DNA from: Piromyces finnis finn
Taxonomy: Eukaryota > Fungi > Neocallimastigomycota
DNA: 64,000 nt
Direction: 5' to 3'
Assembly: GCA_002104945.1 (NCBI GenBank)
Contig: MCFH01000038.1
Location: 62,001 to 126,000, forward strand
The notes below the pieces were generated by a model. The model was not told where the DNA came from and searched no databases. It was given only the letters and a program-made list of their open reading frames with translations. Positions 11,240-25,298 of the stretch are shown here, in pieces. The translations under genes were made by a program, and so were the position numbers. Each line of letters starts with the position of its first letter. Positions within the stretch are counted from its first letter, which is position 1.

Positions 11240-12244
11240 CTGATTTTTAAGTTAACCCTAAAAGTAACTTAAAATAAGTTAGAGTTTAATTAATTACTTT
11301 ACCAAAATTCCAAAATAAAATTAATCCTAAACACTGCATATATTTTGATATTAATCGAGATCAAAATAAATAACTTTTGTTAAATTAATTGTTAAATTAA
11401 ATATTTAATAACTTCTTTAGTAAATTACACTTTAAAAGTTAACAAATATAATAATTCATGTTATAAAACAGTATAATTAAACACTTTTATTAAAATATTA
11501 AAAATAATTATTACTTTAATTAATTGTAAAATAAACAACTTTTTATATTCTTTAACTTTTAATTATTTCTTTTATTGTTATTATTAATTGCTTTTATTAC
11601 TTTTATTGTAAATAGTTATTAATTTTATTATTTTAATGTAAATAGTTTAAATTTAAAAGAAAATACATTTTCCCAGCAAGACGTGAAGTCAAAATTTGTC
11701 ATTTTGAAAAAAATGTCAAATTGACTAGAAACATGAAATATTTCTAACATGAGGTCGCCGCTCGGGAAAATTTTTTCCCCTACCGAAATCTAGGATATAT
11801 ATAAATTTATTTTATTTTTATTGATTTTTATAAAACAATTTTTAACTTATATAACTTATATAGTTATATCTAAAAATATAATAATCACTTTTTGAAGTAA
11901 AATTCAAAATTAAGATTATTATCAAATTATATCATTTTATGATATAGATGATATTATTTTAATTTTATTAATGAATATAGAAAGTGATAATATTTGTATC
12001 TAAAATTTAATAAAGAAAATAAAATAAATGATTTTTATTTTATACTTGTTCAATTACAAGCCTTTGTTAGTTTAAAATATAAATTTATTTTATTAATCAT
12101 AAAGTTTTAATATTTAATAACTTTAAAATAGAATAATAATAACATTTTTAAAGATAAAATACAGAACTCTTTTATGTTTTTGTGTAAAATAAGTATTAAT
12201 ATCTTAATTTTATTTTAATTATATTTTAATATTATTTTAATTTC

Positions 12245-13850
12245 TGTTGATGATATTAGGAAAAGAGTTTATCTACATTCTCAGGTTATCTTGGCTGAAC
12301 GCGAAACTTTATCGGAGGCATTCAGGATAGCTGAAAAAGCTGAACAAAGAACTATTAAAAATAATGAAGCTAGTAACATCTCTATGGTTTTCAAAATGAA
12401 AGTTCTAACCGAAATATTTTATTGGACCATTCACTATATAAAATTAATTAACAATGATTATAATGATAATATGCCTAATAATTATAGTGAACTTTACTCG
12501 AATAATAGAAATGGAGTACCAACAAGGCATTCAAATTTTTGAACCTAAAGAAACTATGAGAATATGTATTTTAATAATAGTAATTTCAGGAGTATCAGAT
12601 TTTTTTTTTTTTTTTTTTTTTTAACTTCCGAGTGCATTTCTCCCATCGATCAGAGTTAGCTCCAATGGTGGTTCTTAGAGAAACGTTGGCTCATTCCTAT
12701 TGCTAGGTGGTTGTGACCCTCCTGGTCTGTCATACTGTTTCTTCAGCTTCGACGCTCACTTAATCCATGTACATTAGATGCATGTCGTTGTACGATATTT
12801 CACAACTACAATGCTAAGCCTCTTATAGTCAATTTGATCACGTGTCAACCGCCCCCTAATGTTTACACTTAAATTGATTAAGGAATATTTTGTGTTTTTG
12901 GCATAGCCTAAGTCACCACTTATTAAGTTCTAATTTGGAATGTACCATGTACACTAGACCCTCTCAGGCCGGCTAGACGAGTGTTATTATCATAGTAGTA
13001 AATTAGAAAGTTCATTTATACTTACCTGAATATCATAACCCAACCCATGGCAAACCCAGTGGGAAAATCCACAGGCACTGACATCTGCGGGGTCGAACCA
13101 GAAGCCTTATGTATGCTAAGGAAACGCCTTAACAACCAGGATAAAAACTGGAACGAAGGAGTATCAGATGCTACTATTGCAAGTAAATGGAACATAAAGC
13201 TGGTGAATGTCCAAATAAAAGAGAAAGAAATGATAGAAATAATTTCAAATAGATATGAAAATATAATAATTATGATAACAATAGTTACAACAACAATAGT
13301 TATTTAAATGACTTTAATACTAATAATAATAACATCAACCAAAATGTTAATAGGAAAACTAATGAAAATAATTATATGGGTTATTATAATAAAAATAACT
13401 ATAATAATATGAATAATAATTATTATATACACCAATAATGCTTATAAGAAAGGTATTTTTAATTCAAGTGGAAATTATAATTATAATGAAAGTAATAATA
13501 TTAGTAAACTATAATAATTATAACAATAATACTGGATATAACGGATATAATAATAATGGTTTCAATAGTTATAATAAAAACAATACAATGAACAACAACA
13601 TATTTAACAATTTCAGTAATGCCAATGAGAATAATATAAAGAATAACATTAATGATAGTGATAACAGGAACAATATTAATAATAATTATACTAGTCAATT
13701 AAATAATCAATATTATAATACTAATAATTATAAAAAGAATTTATCAGAAAATCACTATATTAAACCAAATAATGTTCCAACCAAAATTAATTTAAAAAAT
13801 TAATCTGAATCAAATAATTTAAACTAGACTATGGGTGAAGGACAACTCCA
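12245..13850 (+). pseudogene. Decayed Ty3/Gypsy gag interrupted by a SINE
   Basis: ETLSEAFRIAEKAE resembles KTLKDAMVIAIKAD of the gag at 50502; broken zinc knuckle CYYCK*MEHKAGEC right after the SINE; N-rich tail; tttaaac-tag-gggtgaagg resembles the 51347 frameshift site. Confidence 0.6.
12600..13156 (-). mobile_element. SINE-like retroposon, family A, longest copy with tRNA-like head
   Basis: Poly(T) 12600-12622; TSD aggagtatcagat at 12588-12600 and 13157-13169; minus-strand head with hairpin CCTTA-7nt-TAAGG and B-box GGTTCGACCCC. Confidence 0.85.
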
Positions 13851-13954
13851 GTAATCAAACCAAGTCTGAAAACTTTTCTGATTTAAATGATGAATAATAT
13901 AAAATTTATAATGATGAAAATATTATGTATATTCATAATAATAATGAACTAAAT

Positions 13955-14015
13955 AATTATAATAATAATAATAATAATAATAAACATAATAATAATAATA
14001 ATAATAATAATAAAC

Positions 14016-14080
<65 letters not shown>

Positions 14081-14120
14081 CATAATAATAATAAACATAA
14101 TAATAATAATAATAATAAAC

Positions 14121-14161
<41 letters not shown>

Positions 14162-14180
14162 TAGAAATAATAATAATAAT
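13955..14180 (+). repeat. (AAT)n microsatellite with aaacat interruptions
   Basis: Directly visible. Confidence 0.95.
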
Positions 14181-14819
14181 TAAATAAAGAAATCTTAAAC
14201 CAAAATCTAATTATATAATTATCAATTTTATTATTTTATTTTTATTATTATAAAATAGAAATTAATATCTAATATTATTCAACTATTTTCCCCTATTGTT
14301 AACCTCCATAATTTTTATATATTTATGATATTTTTGAAATATATTGTATCATTTCATTAGGTAATGAAACTAGTAAATATAAAATTACTATTAGTCAGTA
14401 TAAATTATTAAGAAAAAATAATGTTTTATTTTTTATTATTATTTCAGAAAATAAGTATTTTATCAAAAATAAATTTATTAATATATTTAATAATTCCATT
14501 TTTTATTTTTTATATTTTATTATATATATTTAAATATATATATTTATATAATTTTTAATTTTTATAGTTATTATGTAATTAAACAATTAATCTGGCAAAT
14601 TTAAAATATACAAATATAAATATAATATTCTTAATTAACTATAAAAAATAATTTTTTAATAATGAAAATTATAAATATAATATTATTAAATCTTATTTTT
14701 GTTAAAGTTAATATAAAAGAAATTAATCATTAATATCTGTGTATGTTATGATTATTAAAAAAAAATAATTAACTAATATATAATTACAATAAGTTATAAT
14801 ATCAATAAATTACTATATA

Positions 14820-16372
14820 TTAATTCGATGAATTAATCATTGATTTATTTTGATTATGACTATTTTTTTCACTATTACAACTACTATTATCATCTATACT
14901 CTTTTTTTCTATTGATGTTCGGAAATGATAATCTAAAACTTTAGAAAACTTTCCATTACTACTGATATGACTTTTATTTCCTTGATTTGAATTCACAGAC
15001 ATTTTTAACTCATTGTTGGTATTACTATTGTGATAAATATTAAGTTGACCAGAAAAATCAAAAATATTTTTATTTTTGTTAAATAATGGTATAAATATTC
15101 GAAATGCATAATAAAAGATATAATTCACAATAGTAAAAATGAAGAAAACAATTTGATGAACTAAATAATATGTAATATAGTTATTAAACTTTAAATAATT
15201 TAGTATATTTATAGCGATAATACCAATACAATTAACATATACAGCAGAAGTTATATATTGAATATCTAAAGCAGTTTCTTTTATATTCCATTCAACAAAT
15301 AATAAATATCCAATACCAATAATAATTATTCCTTTAAATCCAATAATCATTATCATAATAGATTGCCCTATAGAATCTTTCATATTACATACTTGGAAAT
15401 TTTTTCTATCTGAACCAATGATTGTTGTCAATTCATATGGAAACATCATATATAATAAACATAAAAGTGCATCGAAAATTAAAAATAAAATTATAAATGG
15501 ATATTTATGAATCTTAATCCAATTTGAAAAATTATTTTCTTCTGGGAAATTACAAATTAATTTATATAACGTTGGTATTAATATAAATATATAACCAAAC
15601 GAATAAAAAAATATTTCTAAATGACATTTAAAGCTATTTAATGATCCAATTTCTAACATTCGACTAAATAATTGTAATATAATACCAATAATAACCATAC
15701 ACCATAAATCTTTGGTAAAGAATTTGAAATATGACTTGTACTTTTTAATATAAAGTAATGCCAGTGATGTTAAAATGAATATACTACTAAAAGAATAAAT
15801 GATTGAAATGATTAATCCAATACTAGTATCTTCTGTACTTAATGATAGATAATATATATGATCAATGTTATACATATTCATTAATGCATCTTCAACTGTT
15901 TTATTTCCATATATATATTCATATGCGTATTGCCTAAATTTTGATGAATAATCCTCATAGTCTTTTATACGATTATAAGGCCTTGGAATAGGTTGAAAGC
16001 TTTTCATTAAAGAACAGTCTATATGTGTACATACTTCTTCATCTTCATATAAACTTACTCTTGGGGAATATAAGGAATTCATTACTAAATATTTTTTATG
16101 AAAATATTCTGATGTCATATATTCAATTGCTTTAGCAGCTGCAATTTTATTTTCTTCATCAGAGTATTTATTTATTCCAATATTAGAACCTCCGATAATT
16201 CCACTTGATACACCTTCTGTCTGACCGGGTAATGGACTTGTAATATAATACGGGCTTACATTATCATAGTACCAAAACTTTAAAAATATTGCTGATCCAT
16301 CAAATTTAGTAAATACAAGATTCTTATCCAACTTAAGTATATCCTCTAATAAATTAATAATTTATTACCAAA

Positions 16373-16409
<37 letters not shown>

Positions 16410-17552
16410 GTTGTTGTTGTTATTATTATATTTATAATGATTATATATATTAATATTACCTAGATTAAGTTCCTCTTTAATCTGTTTAATCATTTTTAAG
16501 GCATTCTTAGCATTTTTACTTTTTAAATCAGGAAAAGGAGATCCAATTGAATCTCGAAATGAATAGATAAATTCATACAATGAACTAGTTCCATCTTCTC
16601 CGTCTATAATAAGCATATAGGAAAAAAGTTATTTATTTTTTAAAAGAAAGAAATTATAATATTTATTAAATTTTTATGATAAATAAAAATGAAGTTATTT
16701 TTCATATTTTACCACAAAAAATACCATTATATGGAATTAAATTGGTATTATTAACTTTTTTTTCTTCTTCTAATATATATTTGGCTGTCTCTTTCAGTTC
16801 TTCCCATGTTTTTGGTACTCTTTTTTCATATTTATTCAATAAGACTTTGTTTGAATATAAACCAGTAATATCAACAGTAACAGGCTTAATAAAATATATT
16901 AAATTTGTATATAAATAATAATTAAATAAAAAATATTTAATAAATAAAGTACATAGAATTAAATAAAATAAAATAAATTAATCAAGAATATTTAATAATA
17001 ATGAAACATCATAATTACCAAGCCAATTAATCTTTCTTCATTTACGCAAGCTTTATATATTTCCGGATGAAATTGCTTACTATAATCTATTGATAAATAC
17101 TTTTTTAAATCTTCATAATGAGATGCATATATCGATGATACTCTTGCTGAATTAAAAAATATATCATATTTTTTTAATTTTTTTGCGAAATGAGCGCCAA
17201 TAAATGAACTAAAATCATTTGAATCTCCTTCTAATGCAGTTATTGCGTTTAAATTTATTGTTATATTTAATGAATTAGTTTTTGAATATTCATTAAAATC
17301 ATTAACCAATGAAGTAAAATATTCATTATTTGAGTCATAAGCATATATTACTGCATTAATAACAATTGCACCTCCAAAATCTAATGTTCAATAAAATATA
17401 AATATATATTATTAAAAATTGAAAAAATATTATAATCATGTTTTAAATAAATATATTTATAAAAATAGGTTTATTATGAATAGTATATTACTGATAATAT
17501 GATGAGAGCAGAAAAAAATAACTAATATATATACTAATATCATTTTATTCAT
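14820..17552 (-). CDS. Class-C-like GPCR with extracellular solute-binding-protein (periplasmic-binding fold) domain, multi-exon
   Basis: Signal-like first exon (MNKMILVYILVFFS); SBP-type motifs GLYSNKVLLNKYEKRVPKTWEEL and GGSNIGINKYS..KIAAAKAIEY; seven hydrophobic segments in 14820-16331. This architecture is reported from anaerobic fungi. Exon limits approximate. Confidence 0.8.
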
Positions 17553-18313
17553 ATTTATGTATTTTATAAAAATATAAGATTTATTCCTTTATAATCATAT
17601 TTATATTAACGTTGTTTTAAAGATATAATTACAAATTGAAATATTATTAATAATTAAAATAGAAAAAACTTTAAAAATAATTTTTCCTATTTTATATTCA
17701 AAAAACATATTATAATATTTATTTTCTTCTTTTCTTCTTTCCTTTTATTAATTTTAAATTTTAATTTTTTTAATTATTATACTTTAATAAGTTAAATATA
17801 AATTTTATATAATAAATAAAATAATAAATATATTTAAAAAATATCATAGAGTGCTAAAAAAATTAGGTTAATTTGATGTTAAAAATTTAAACTATTTAGG
17901 TTTATATTAATATTAGTTATGTTTATTTAAAGCTACTTAAAAATCATTACTATTGAAATAATGATGATAACAAGAATTATAGATATTTAATCATAATAAT
18001 TTTTATAGGATTAAAGAATATTTTTTTTTTGAATTAAAATATATCTAAATGTATTTAAAAATATATATATTATAATAAAATAATATAATGATGATATTAT
18101 GAAATATGAAAGTTGTATTAACAATTTTTATATTTATAAAAGTCAATTCCTTCATAGTAATTACTTAAAATAATATAATTAAAAAGACAAGATGAAAAAC
18201 AAAGCAGACTATATATAAATTTTATAAATATTTAAAATTTTTAAATACTAAAATATATTTAAAAACTTTACTAATTTTTATTTAAAAACAAATATTTAAA
18301 TTTTCCAATAACT

Positions 18314-18639
18314 TTATTTTTTTTTACATTTTTAATTTTAATAATTGAATATTTTCAAACTATTTTTATTAAAAGTTCCTATTGAAATATAGCTTAAAAA
18401 ATAACATTTATTTAAATTCCTTTTCTCATAAAACCTTAAACTTATTTTTATTCTTATTTAATAGTGTATCATCATTAAAATAATTATTTTTTTTTACATT
18501 TTTAATTTTAATAATTGAATATTTTCAAACTATTTTTATTAAAAGTTCCTATTGAAATATAGCTTAAAAAATAACATTTATTTAAATTCCTTTTCTCATA
18601 AAACCTTAAACTTATTTTTATTCTTATTTAATAGTGTAT
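18314..18639 (+). repeat. Direct duplication of ~156 bp (period 170)
   Basis: 18314-18469 matches 18484-18639. Confidence 0.85.
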
Positions 18640-21600
18640 AATTTACCAAGAAATGTTCACATCATTAAAATAATTAAATTTTTAAATGAATTTTAAATAA
18701 AATTTTTGATTTTTTTTTTTATTAAAATTCTATTTATTTAATAATAAAGATTAGATTCAAAGTTATATTTTTATTTATAAAAATTAAATTATAGTTCCTT
18801 TTTTTTTTTTTTTAAAAAAAAAAAAGATAGTATTGTACTATAAGCTAGTTATTATTGATTATTAATTTATTAAAAGTTGTATGAAGGATTTTTGAAAAAA
18901 AAAATATTATTTATTCTTTTCTTTTTGACTTTTAAAAAAATTTATTTGTTTTTCATTGTAATATTAAATACCTTATTTAGTTTAATAAAGTGTACATAGA
19001 GATAGATTTTAATTAAAAAAAAAATTAAATCATATATAGTTAAGTTTATTTCATAAATATGAATATCGTACTAAAACTTTATAACAAAAAAAAAATATGA
19101 AAGCTTACTGAATATTATTATAACTTGGCATATTTTCAATATTTCTTAATATTGCTTTATATTTTTTAAAATTGAATAATAATGGCTGATTTCATAATAT
19201 CTTTGAGTATTTATATAATATAATATATAAAAGTTTTTAAAGTTATCATAACAGTTAATTATCTAATTAATAATCTATATAATAAGCTTTACAAAAATTT
19301 ATTTTATTTATATTCTAGGTAAGGTTTAATTTAATATTAATATCAATGAATTATCTTTTGAATTAATTTTATTATTAATTAAAATTATTATTAATTTTTC
19401 ATTTTTTTAAAAACTTTATGAATATTGTCCTATACCAAAAGTGGTGTTTTCTATTAGTCATTTATCAAAAATGATAACAGACAAGTAATTATATTATATT
19501 TTTTGAACTACTCTTCAATTGCTTTATAGTATTTTATCTCATTAACTATTATACTAGCTTTAACATTATTTACTATTTTATTTAAGCAATTTTTACTTGT
19601 TTTTCTAATATTTACTTAAATAATAATAAATTATATTTATAGAAGAATTACACCAAAAATATCATTTATTACTAACATAGTAATTTCAAATATGACATGT
19701 TTAATTGTATTTTTATATTTTCTTTAATTTATTGTTTTTACACTTTAATAGTTTTTATTATATAAAAATTTATTTTTGTTTATTGATTATTAAAATTAAC
19801 TATATTAACTATATTTAAAATTAATATTTTTCTTAATTGTCTTAGTCCTCTTAATTTCTATTAAAAAATATGATTTATTGTTAACAAATAATTCTCTCAA
19901 ATTAACTCTTTAATTGTGTTTTATATGATATCTTTATTATATTTTGTTATATTTTTATTGTCTGTTTATTGTCTGTTTGTATAAAGATGAAAATTTTAAC
20001 TTCCTTTTATACATTTCTCGTTAATTATTATTTTAAACTGTTAAATAATACTATTAATATTAATGTTATTATTTATTAAAAAGAATAAATTAAAATTATG
20101 GTTTTAGTATTATAAAATATTACTTATTTAATCTTCTTTTTACTTCAAAATGTTTAAATTTTAGACAAGTTATTATAAACTATCATTAAATATATAATAC
20201 CATAATATAATAATTAAAATTAAAATAAAATTAAAATATTAAAAATATCAATTACTCTAAAAGCTTATTTTGTACAGGAACATAAAAGAGTTCCATATTT
20301 TATCTTTAAAATTGTAAAATATATGTTTAAAGAACATTTAAATAAGACAGTAAAATTAGTAATTTGATGCACAACATTTTATTTGAGCTCATTTATTTTT
20401 ATTTATTTATTATTGTTTTTATTATTTTAACATATTATTTGATTAAGTTTTTTTTTATTTAATAATCATTAATTAAATCGTTTTTATTTTAAGTATATAT
20501 AGCGAAAAAAGAAAAATGAATGTATATAAAAGGAAGATAAAATTTCTTCTTTATACAGATAGTAAAAGATAGTAAAAAGAAATTATAATAATAAAACATA
20601 ATTATTAAGTTTATCTTGTGAAAGTTGTTTATTAATTATAAAGCTTATTTTATATTAAATTTGTAGTTTCATTGAATTTTTATTAATTATAAAACTTTTA
20701 ATAAAAAACCTTAATTAAAAAAATTAAATATATTTATAACTCAATCTGACTAAACTTTAAATTGAATGTATTATTGTAAGAAGATAATCTGAAACAGATT
20801 GTAAAATAACTTTAAACGCAAAATAAAATTTCTTTTAAAATATTCTTTTATTCTTTTACTAATATTTTTATGAAGCTATTGACCGTCAAAAAATTATTTG
20901 CAATTACATTTAGTTATATTGATGAAAAATATTTTATTATTTAACTTTATAAAATACTAAAAATTATCTTCTTAATAAACTTTTTAATCAAAGTTTATTA
21001 TAATTTATTAAAATATATATAACTTTTAGTTATTCAAAATTCAAATAAATTATAACTATTTATTAGTATTGGTATTGGTTTAATATTTATAATATTATAC
21101 TATAATTTATACATTTCATAATAAAATGTATAAATTATACTATTTAAAACTATTTTAATCTAAAAATATAATTGTTATATAAAAAAAAAAGTAAATTTAA
21201 AAATTTATAGTTTTTTTTTTTTTTTTAAGAATTTTATTAATTAATTAAAATTTCTTATAAAGTCTATTTTTATTTACAATATTAGATATAAATTATTCAT
21301 TTAATCTTTATTTTTTATGTACACTTTTTTTATTGTATTAAAACATTAAAAAATTTTTAATTATATTATAAATTAAAATTTTATCATTTCAGTTTCTTTT
21401 AATATAATCTTATTAAAAATAAAGTTGGTGTAACTATTGTTGCCAAATACAAATTCCTTAATATAGAAAAATCAAAAAATGATTTTCGTTTTTTTTTTTT
21501 ATGTTAATAAAATTTTATAATAAATAAAGTTTTTTTGTATCAATCTTATTCATTTAATAATTAACTTATGATTTTAATATTATTGTGGATGATCAATTGA

Positions 21601-22778
21601 AACAATGAGAGAATAAAAATCTAAATTTAAAAACTTGTGTGATATGAGACTATAATTTATTATAAAATTTTAAATATCATCAAATATACTAAATTCCTAA
21701 TTAATAGTAATGCTTATTTTTATAAAAAAAGCGCAAAAAGAAAAAATAAATCATTATCATAAAAGGTAAAAAGTCGTATTATAGTTTTTTATAATAAAAT
21801 ATATTTCAATTAAGATGATTAATTTTATTATTAATATCTTCTTTTATTGTTATCTAAATTATTACATATATTATTTTAGTATTTTAATAAATTAAATTAA
21901 TATATTTATGATTATAATTATAATATTACCATTCTACCAAATAATATATTATAATATATTCATACAAGTTAAGAATTATATTGTACAACATTAATCATTG
22001 GAATAAATAAAAAAAGCCGTTTGACTAAGTATGAATAAAGGATATGAATGAAAGTGGTATAAAACTAAGAAATATCACGTGACAATTATTAACATCATAT
22101 AATGAATATTGATATATTATTATAATATATTATTTATTAACAATAAATTGAATTATTCATTTTTCAATACAATATATCCATATATAAATGGTAAATAGTA
22201 ATTATATTTAATTATTCAATAATCATGTTGAATTATATAATGATTATTATAATAAATTAGATTAAATTAAATATAAATTAAAAAAAATTCAATTATTATG
22301 TAAATAAATAATAAATAAATAATAGATATTATAATTTTAAATAATAATAAAATAATATTTTAAATATGAAATATATACCCTTAATTTAAAATTATATATA
22401 ATTACTCTATTTTCTTTTTTCATTTTTTTTAAAGGCATTTTAAAATTTGATTATTTTATTAAAGTAAAAGTTGAAAAAATAAAGTAAATTATAAATACTA
22501 AAATAATCAAGGAATTAATTTTTTTTTTAAAATAAAAAATATAAAAATATTTAAAGTAATCAGGAATTATCTTTAAATGTATTAATTATTATTCTAATAA
22601 AAAAAATTAATTAAATAATAATCAATCAGATTACATCAATCAATCTTTTGGAATAAAATTTATTTTTTTCAAAGAAATAATACAAATATATATATAATCA
22701 ATAAGTTCAATCCAATTAAAATTTGCATTAATTATTTTAAAAAAAAAATAATCTCAAACGTTTAAAAATATTAACAAA

Positions 22779-24311
22779 ATGGATTTCATGAAAAGAAATT
22801 TTATTCTAACTTTAGTTAGTTTATGTAGCTTTTTATTAGTTCAAGCCTCTATTCCAGGTTTTGAAATCAGTATTAGTAAATCATGGACTGGTGATACTAC
22901 TACTTATTCACAAGCAGAAGGTAAAATTGTAAATGCTAGTAAATTAAAGCTTAATAATTGGTATATTGAAGTACCATTTGACCCAGACCACCAAAAATTC
23001 CAAGGCAGTTGGGGTTGTGAAGTTGAAGAAAAAGAAGATAAATTAGTTCTTACTGGTGAAGTTACCAATAAAACACTTAAAGTTTTAACTGAAACAACTT
23101 TCGGATTTATTATTGCTAGTACTGGTGTTAAGTTTGATGTCGAAAGTGCTGTTTTATATACTCAAACAAAATCTGTTCCAAACCATACTGAAGCTGATGG
23201 TTCTGATGATTCTTCTGATATGAACATTGGTTTACCATACGAAAATAATCGTTATTTCCCAGAATCTATGGATGTTGATGATATTAAAGCTGCTGCTACT
23301 GCAATGAATGTTGCTGAAGTAAAGGCTGTAATTTACAAGGAAATTAATGAACATTGGGATGTTATTAGTGAATACTTAAATACTGATGATATGTTTAAGG
23401 TATTTGCTCTTTTCTTAGGTTGGGCTTCTCGTGAATCTACTTTAAATGCTGGTGTTGAAACTGCTCAAGAAGATGGTTTTGGTGTTAATTCTGCTCATGC
23501 TTATGGTCCATTCCAAACTGCTGTTACTGCTTTTTACGGTTGTGATCCTACTTTCGATCAAGAAGATGATGTTCCAGAATTATATTGGTACACTTTATCT
23601 GAAAGAAACTTCTTTGATCCATACATTTCTACTCACATGGGTATTCGTAAACTTATTCACTTTGTTAAGGAAGCTGTTGCTTTTGAAAATACTGGTATTG
23701 ATATTATTCGTTGTGCTTTAAAGGGTTTCAATAGTGGTCACGCTAACCCAATGCAAGAATCTGAAAAGGGAACTGGTTATTCTGATGAAATTGGTGCTTT
23801 AGCTGGTTGGTATTACAAAACTCATCATTTTGATGATGAAGTTTACACTTGGACTGGTGATGCAAGAGTTGATCGTTCTGACCCATGGGCCTGGTGGGAC
23901 AATGCTGAACCATACACTAATCTTAAGGTTGTTGTTCGTGTCGTTAATCCAGAAGATGGTACTACTGCTACTTACTCTTCTCTTAGTCTTCCAACCCCAA
24001 CTTCAACTGTCCCAACTACTACTATGAGTGATATTAAACCAACTTCAAATGGTGCTTGCTGGGCTGATGCTATTGGTTACCCATGTTGTAAGGGATGTGA
24101 TGTTATTACTACTGATGATGATGGTGATTGGGGTGTTGAAAACAACCAATGGTGTGGTATTGACTCAGTTAAATGTAAGAAGGAAACTTGTTTCTCAGAA
24201 GCTCAAGGTTTCCCTTGTTGTGAAGAATGTAGATTAGTTTACACTGATGAAAGTGGTTTATGGGGTGTTGAAAACAATGAATGGTGTGGTCTTAAGGATT
24301 CTTGTAATTAA
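22779..24311 (+). CDS. Secreted cellulosomal enzyme: CBM2/49-like domain + lysozyme-fold (GH124/GH23-like) domain + Thr linker + 2 fungal dockerins
   Basis: Signal peptide; NW.I...SWG..FGF beta-sandwich pattern; [21 protein letters not shown] pattern typical of SLT/lysozyme folds; two C..GYPCC...WGVENN.WCG dockerin (CBM10-type) repeats; intronless. The catalytic family is inferred. Confidence 0.75.
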   Translation: MDFMKRNFILTLVSLCSFLLVQASIPGFEISISKSWTGDTTTYSQAEGKIVNASKLKLNNWYIEVPFDPDHQKFQGSWGCEVEEKEDKLVLTGEVTNKTLKVLTETTFGFIIASTGVKFDVESAVLYTQTKSVPNHTEADGSDDSSDMNIGLPYENNRYFPESMDVDDIKAAATAMNVAEVKAVIYKEINEHWDVISEYLNTDDMFKVFALFLGWASRESTLNAGVETAQEDGFGVNSAHAYGPFQTAVTAFYGCDPTFDQEDDVPELYWYTLSERNFFDPYISTHMGIRKLIHFVKEAVAFENTGIDIIRCALKGFNSGHANPMQESEKGTGYSDEIGALAGWYYKTHHFDDEVYTWTGDARVDRSDPWAWWDNAEPYTNLKVVVRVVNPEDGTTATYSSLSLPTPTSTVPTTTMSDIKPTSNGACWADAIGYPCCKGCDVITTDDDGDWGVENNQWCGIDSVKCKKETCFSEAQGFPCCEECRLVYTDESGLWGVENNEWCGLKDSCN

Positions 24312-25298
24312 AGCTATTATTAATTTTTTTTTCAAAAAAAAGAAAAAAAAAAAAAGAAAAATAATGCAAAGAATCCTCTATTTTTTTTATATATATCCAT
24401 AGAATATTAAAAAAAAAACCAATTATTGTTGCAAAAGAAACAATATATATAAAATGCTTTTAATATTTTTTTATATATTTTTTTTTTTTTTGATGTTAAC
24501 AAAAAACAAAAAAATAACAAAAAAAAAAAAAAAAAAAAAAATACGAAAAACATTATATATACAATTATTTATTTATTTATAAATTTAGTTTTAAATTAAG
24601 CTAAATATTTAATTATATATAAAAAAAAGGAAAAAAATTGGTGAATAAATAATGTAAATATATTTCGCAAAGTATAAAAAAAGAAAAATAAATAAAAAAT
24701 TAAAAAAAAAAAAAAAAAAAAAAAAAGAGTTTTATTAGTTTTTTAAAGAGTTGGAAATATAATAGTAAAGGATTAAATCTTAAGTTTATATATTTATGCT
24801 TATATAAACTTAAGATGTGCTTATATAAGATATTTATTTTTTTATTAAATTTTCAAATTTTTTTCTATTTATTACATTAATTTTTTTTTTTTCATTATTA
24901 AGATTTAAATTTCAATTTTATTGGTTTTTTTAAAAAAAAAATACTCTTTGAAACCAATTTCGTTATATTCCTAACAATGATTTAAATAATTCAATATAAT
25001 AAATCAAAATAGATTTCAAAAAAATAGAAATAAATATATATATATTGATACCTCTTTAGGGTAAAAAAAAAAAAAAAAAAGTATATAAAGGCAATAAAAT
25101 TCAAGTTTTTTTTTTTTTTTTTTCTATATTAATTCTATATTAAATAGTTTATTAATTTTTTTTTTAAAAAAAACAAAATTGTTAAATAATATAAATATAA
25201 ATATTTTACAAAACTCTAATATCTTTTTTCTTTATTTCATTTTTTATCATATTAACATATTATATTTAAAATAGAAGAAAAAAAAAACAATTATTAAA

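Noticed and set aside
11740-11790. LTR end plus PBS (ctaaca-tgaggtcgccgctcggg) for the decayed gag
   Set aside because: Plausible, but there is no tRNA match and no second LTR copy in the window; too weak to annotate.
12600-13156. Hammerhead or HDV-like ribozyme in the SINEs
   Set aside because: No CTGATGA..GAAA core found, and trial HDV pairings were not conserved between copies. Not supportable by eye; an Infernal search is needed.
13081-13156. Functional tRNA gene
   Set aside because: B-box and an anticodon-like hairpin are present, but the acceptor stem does not pair and the loop is non-canonical; it is a SINE head.
13925-14164. 79-aa poly-Asn ORF
   Set aside because: Translation of an (AAT)n microsatellite; the same applies to 16365-16616's poly-N tail, which is intronic.
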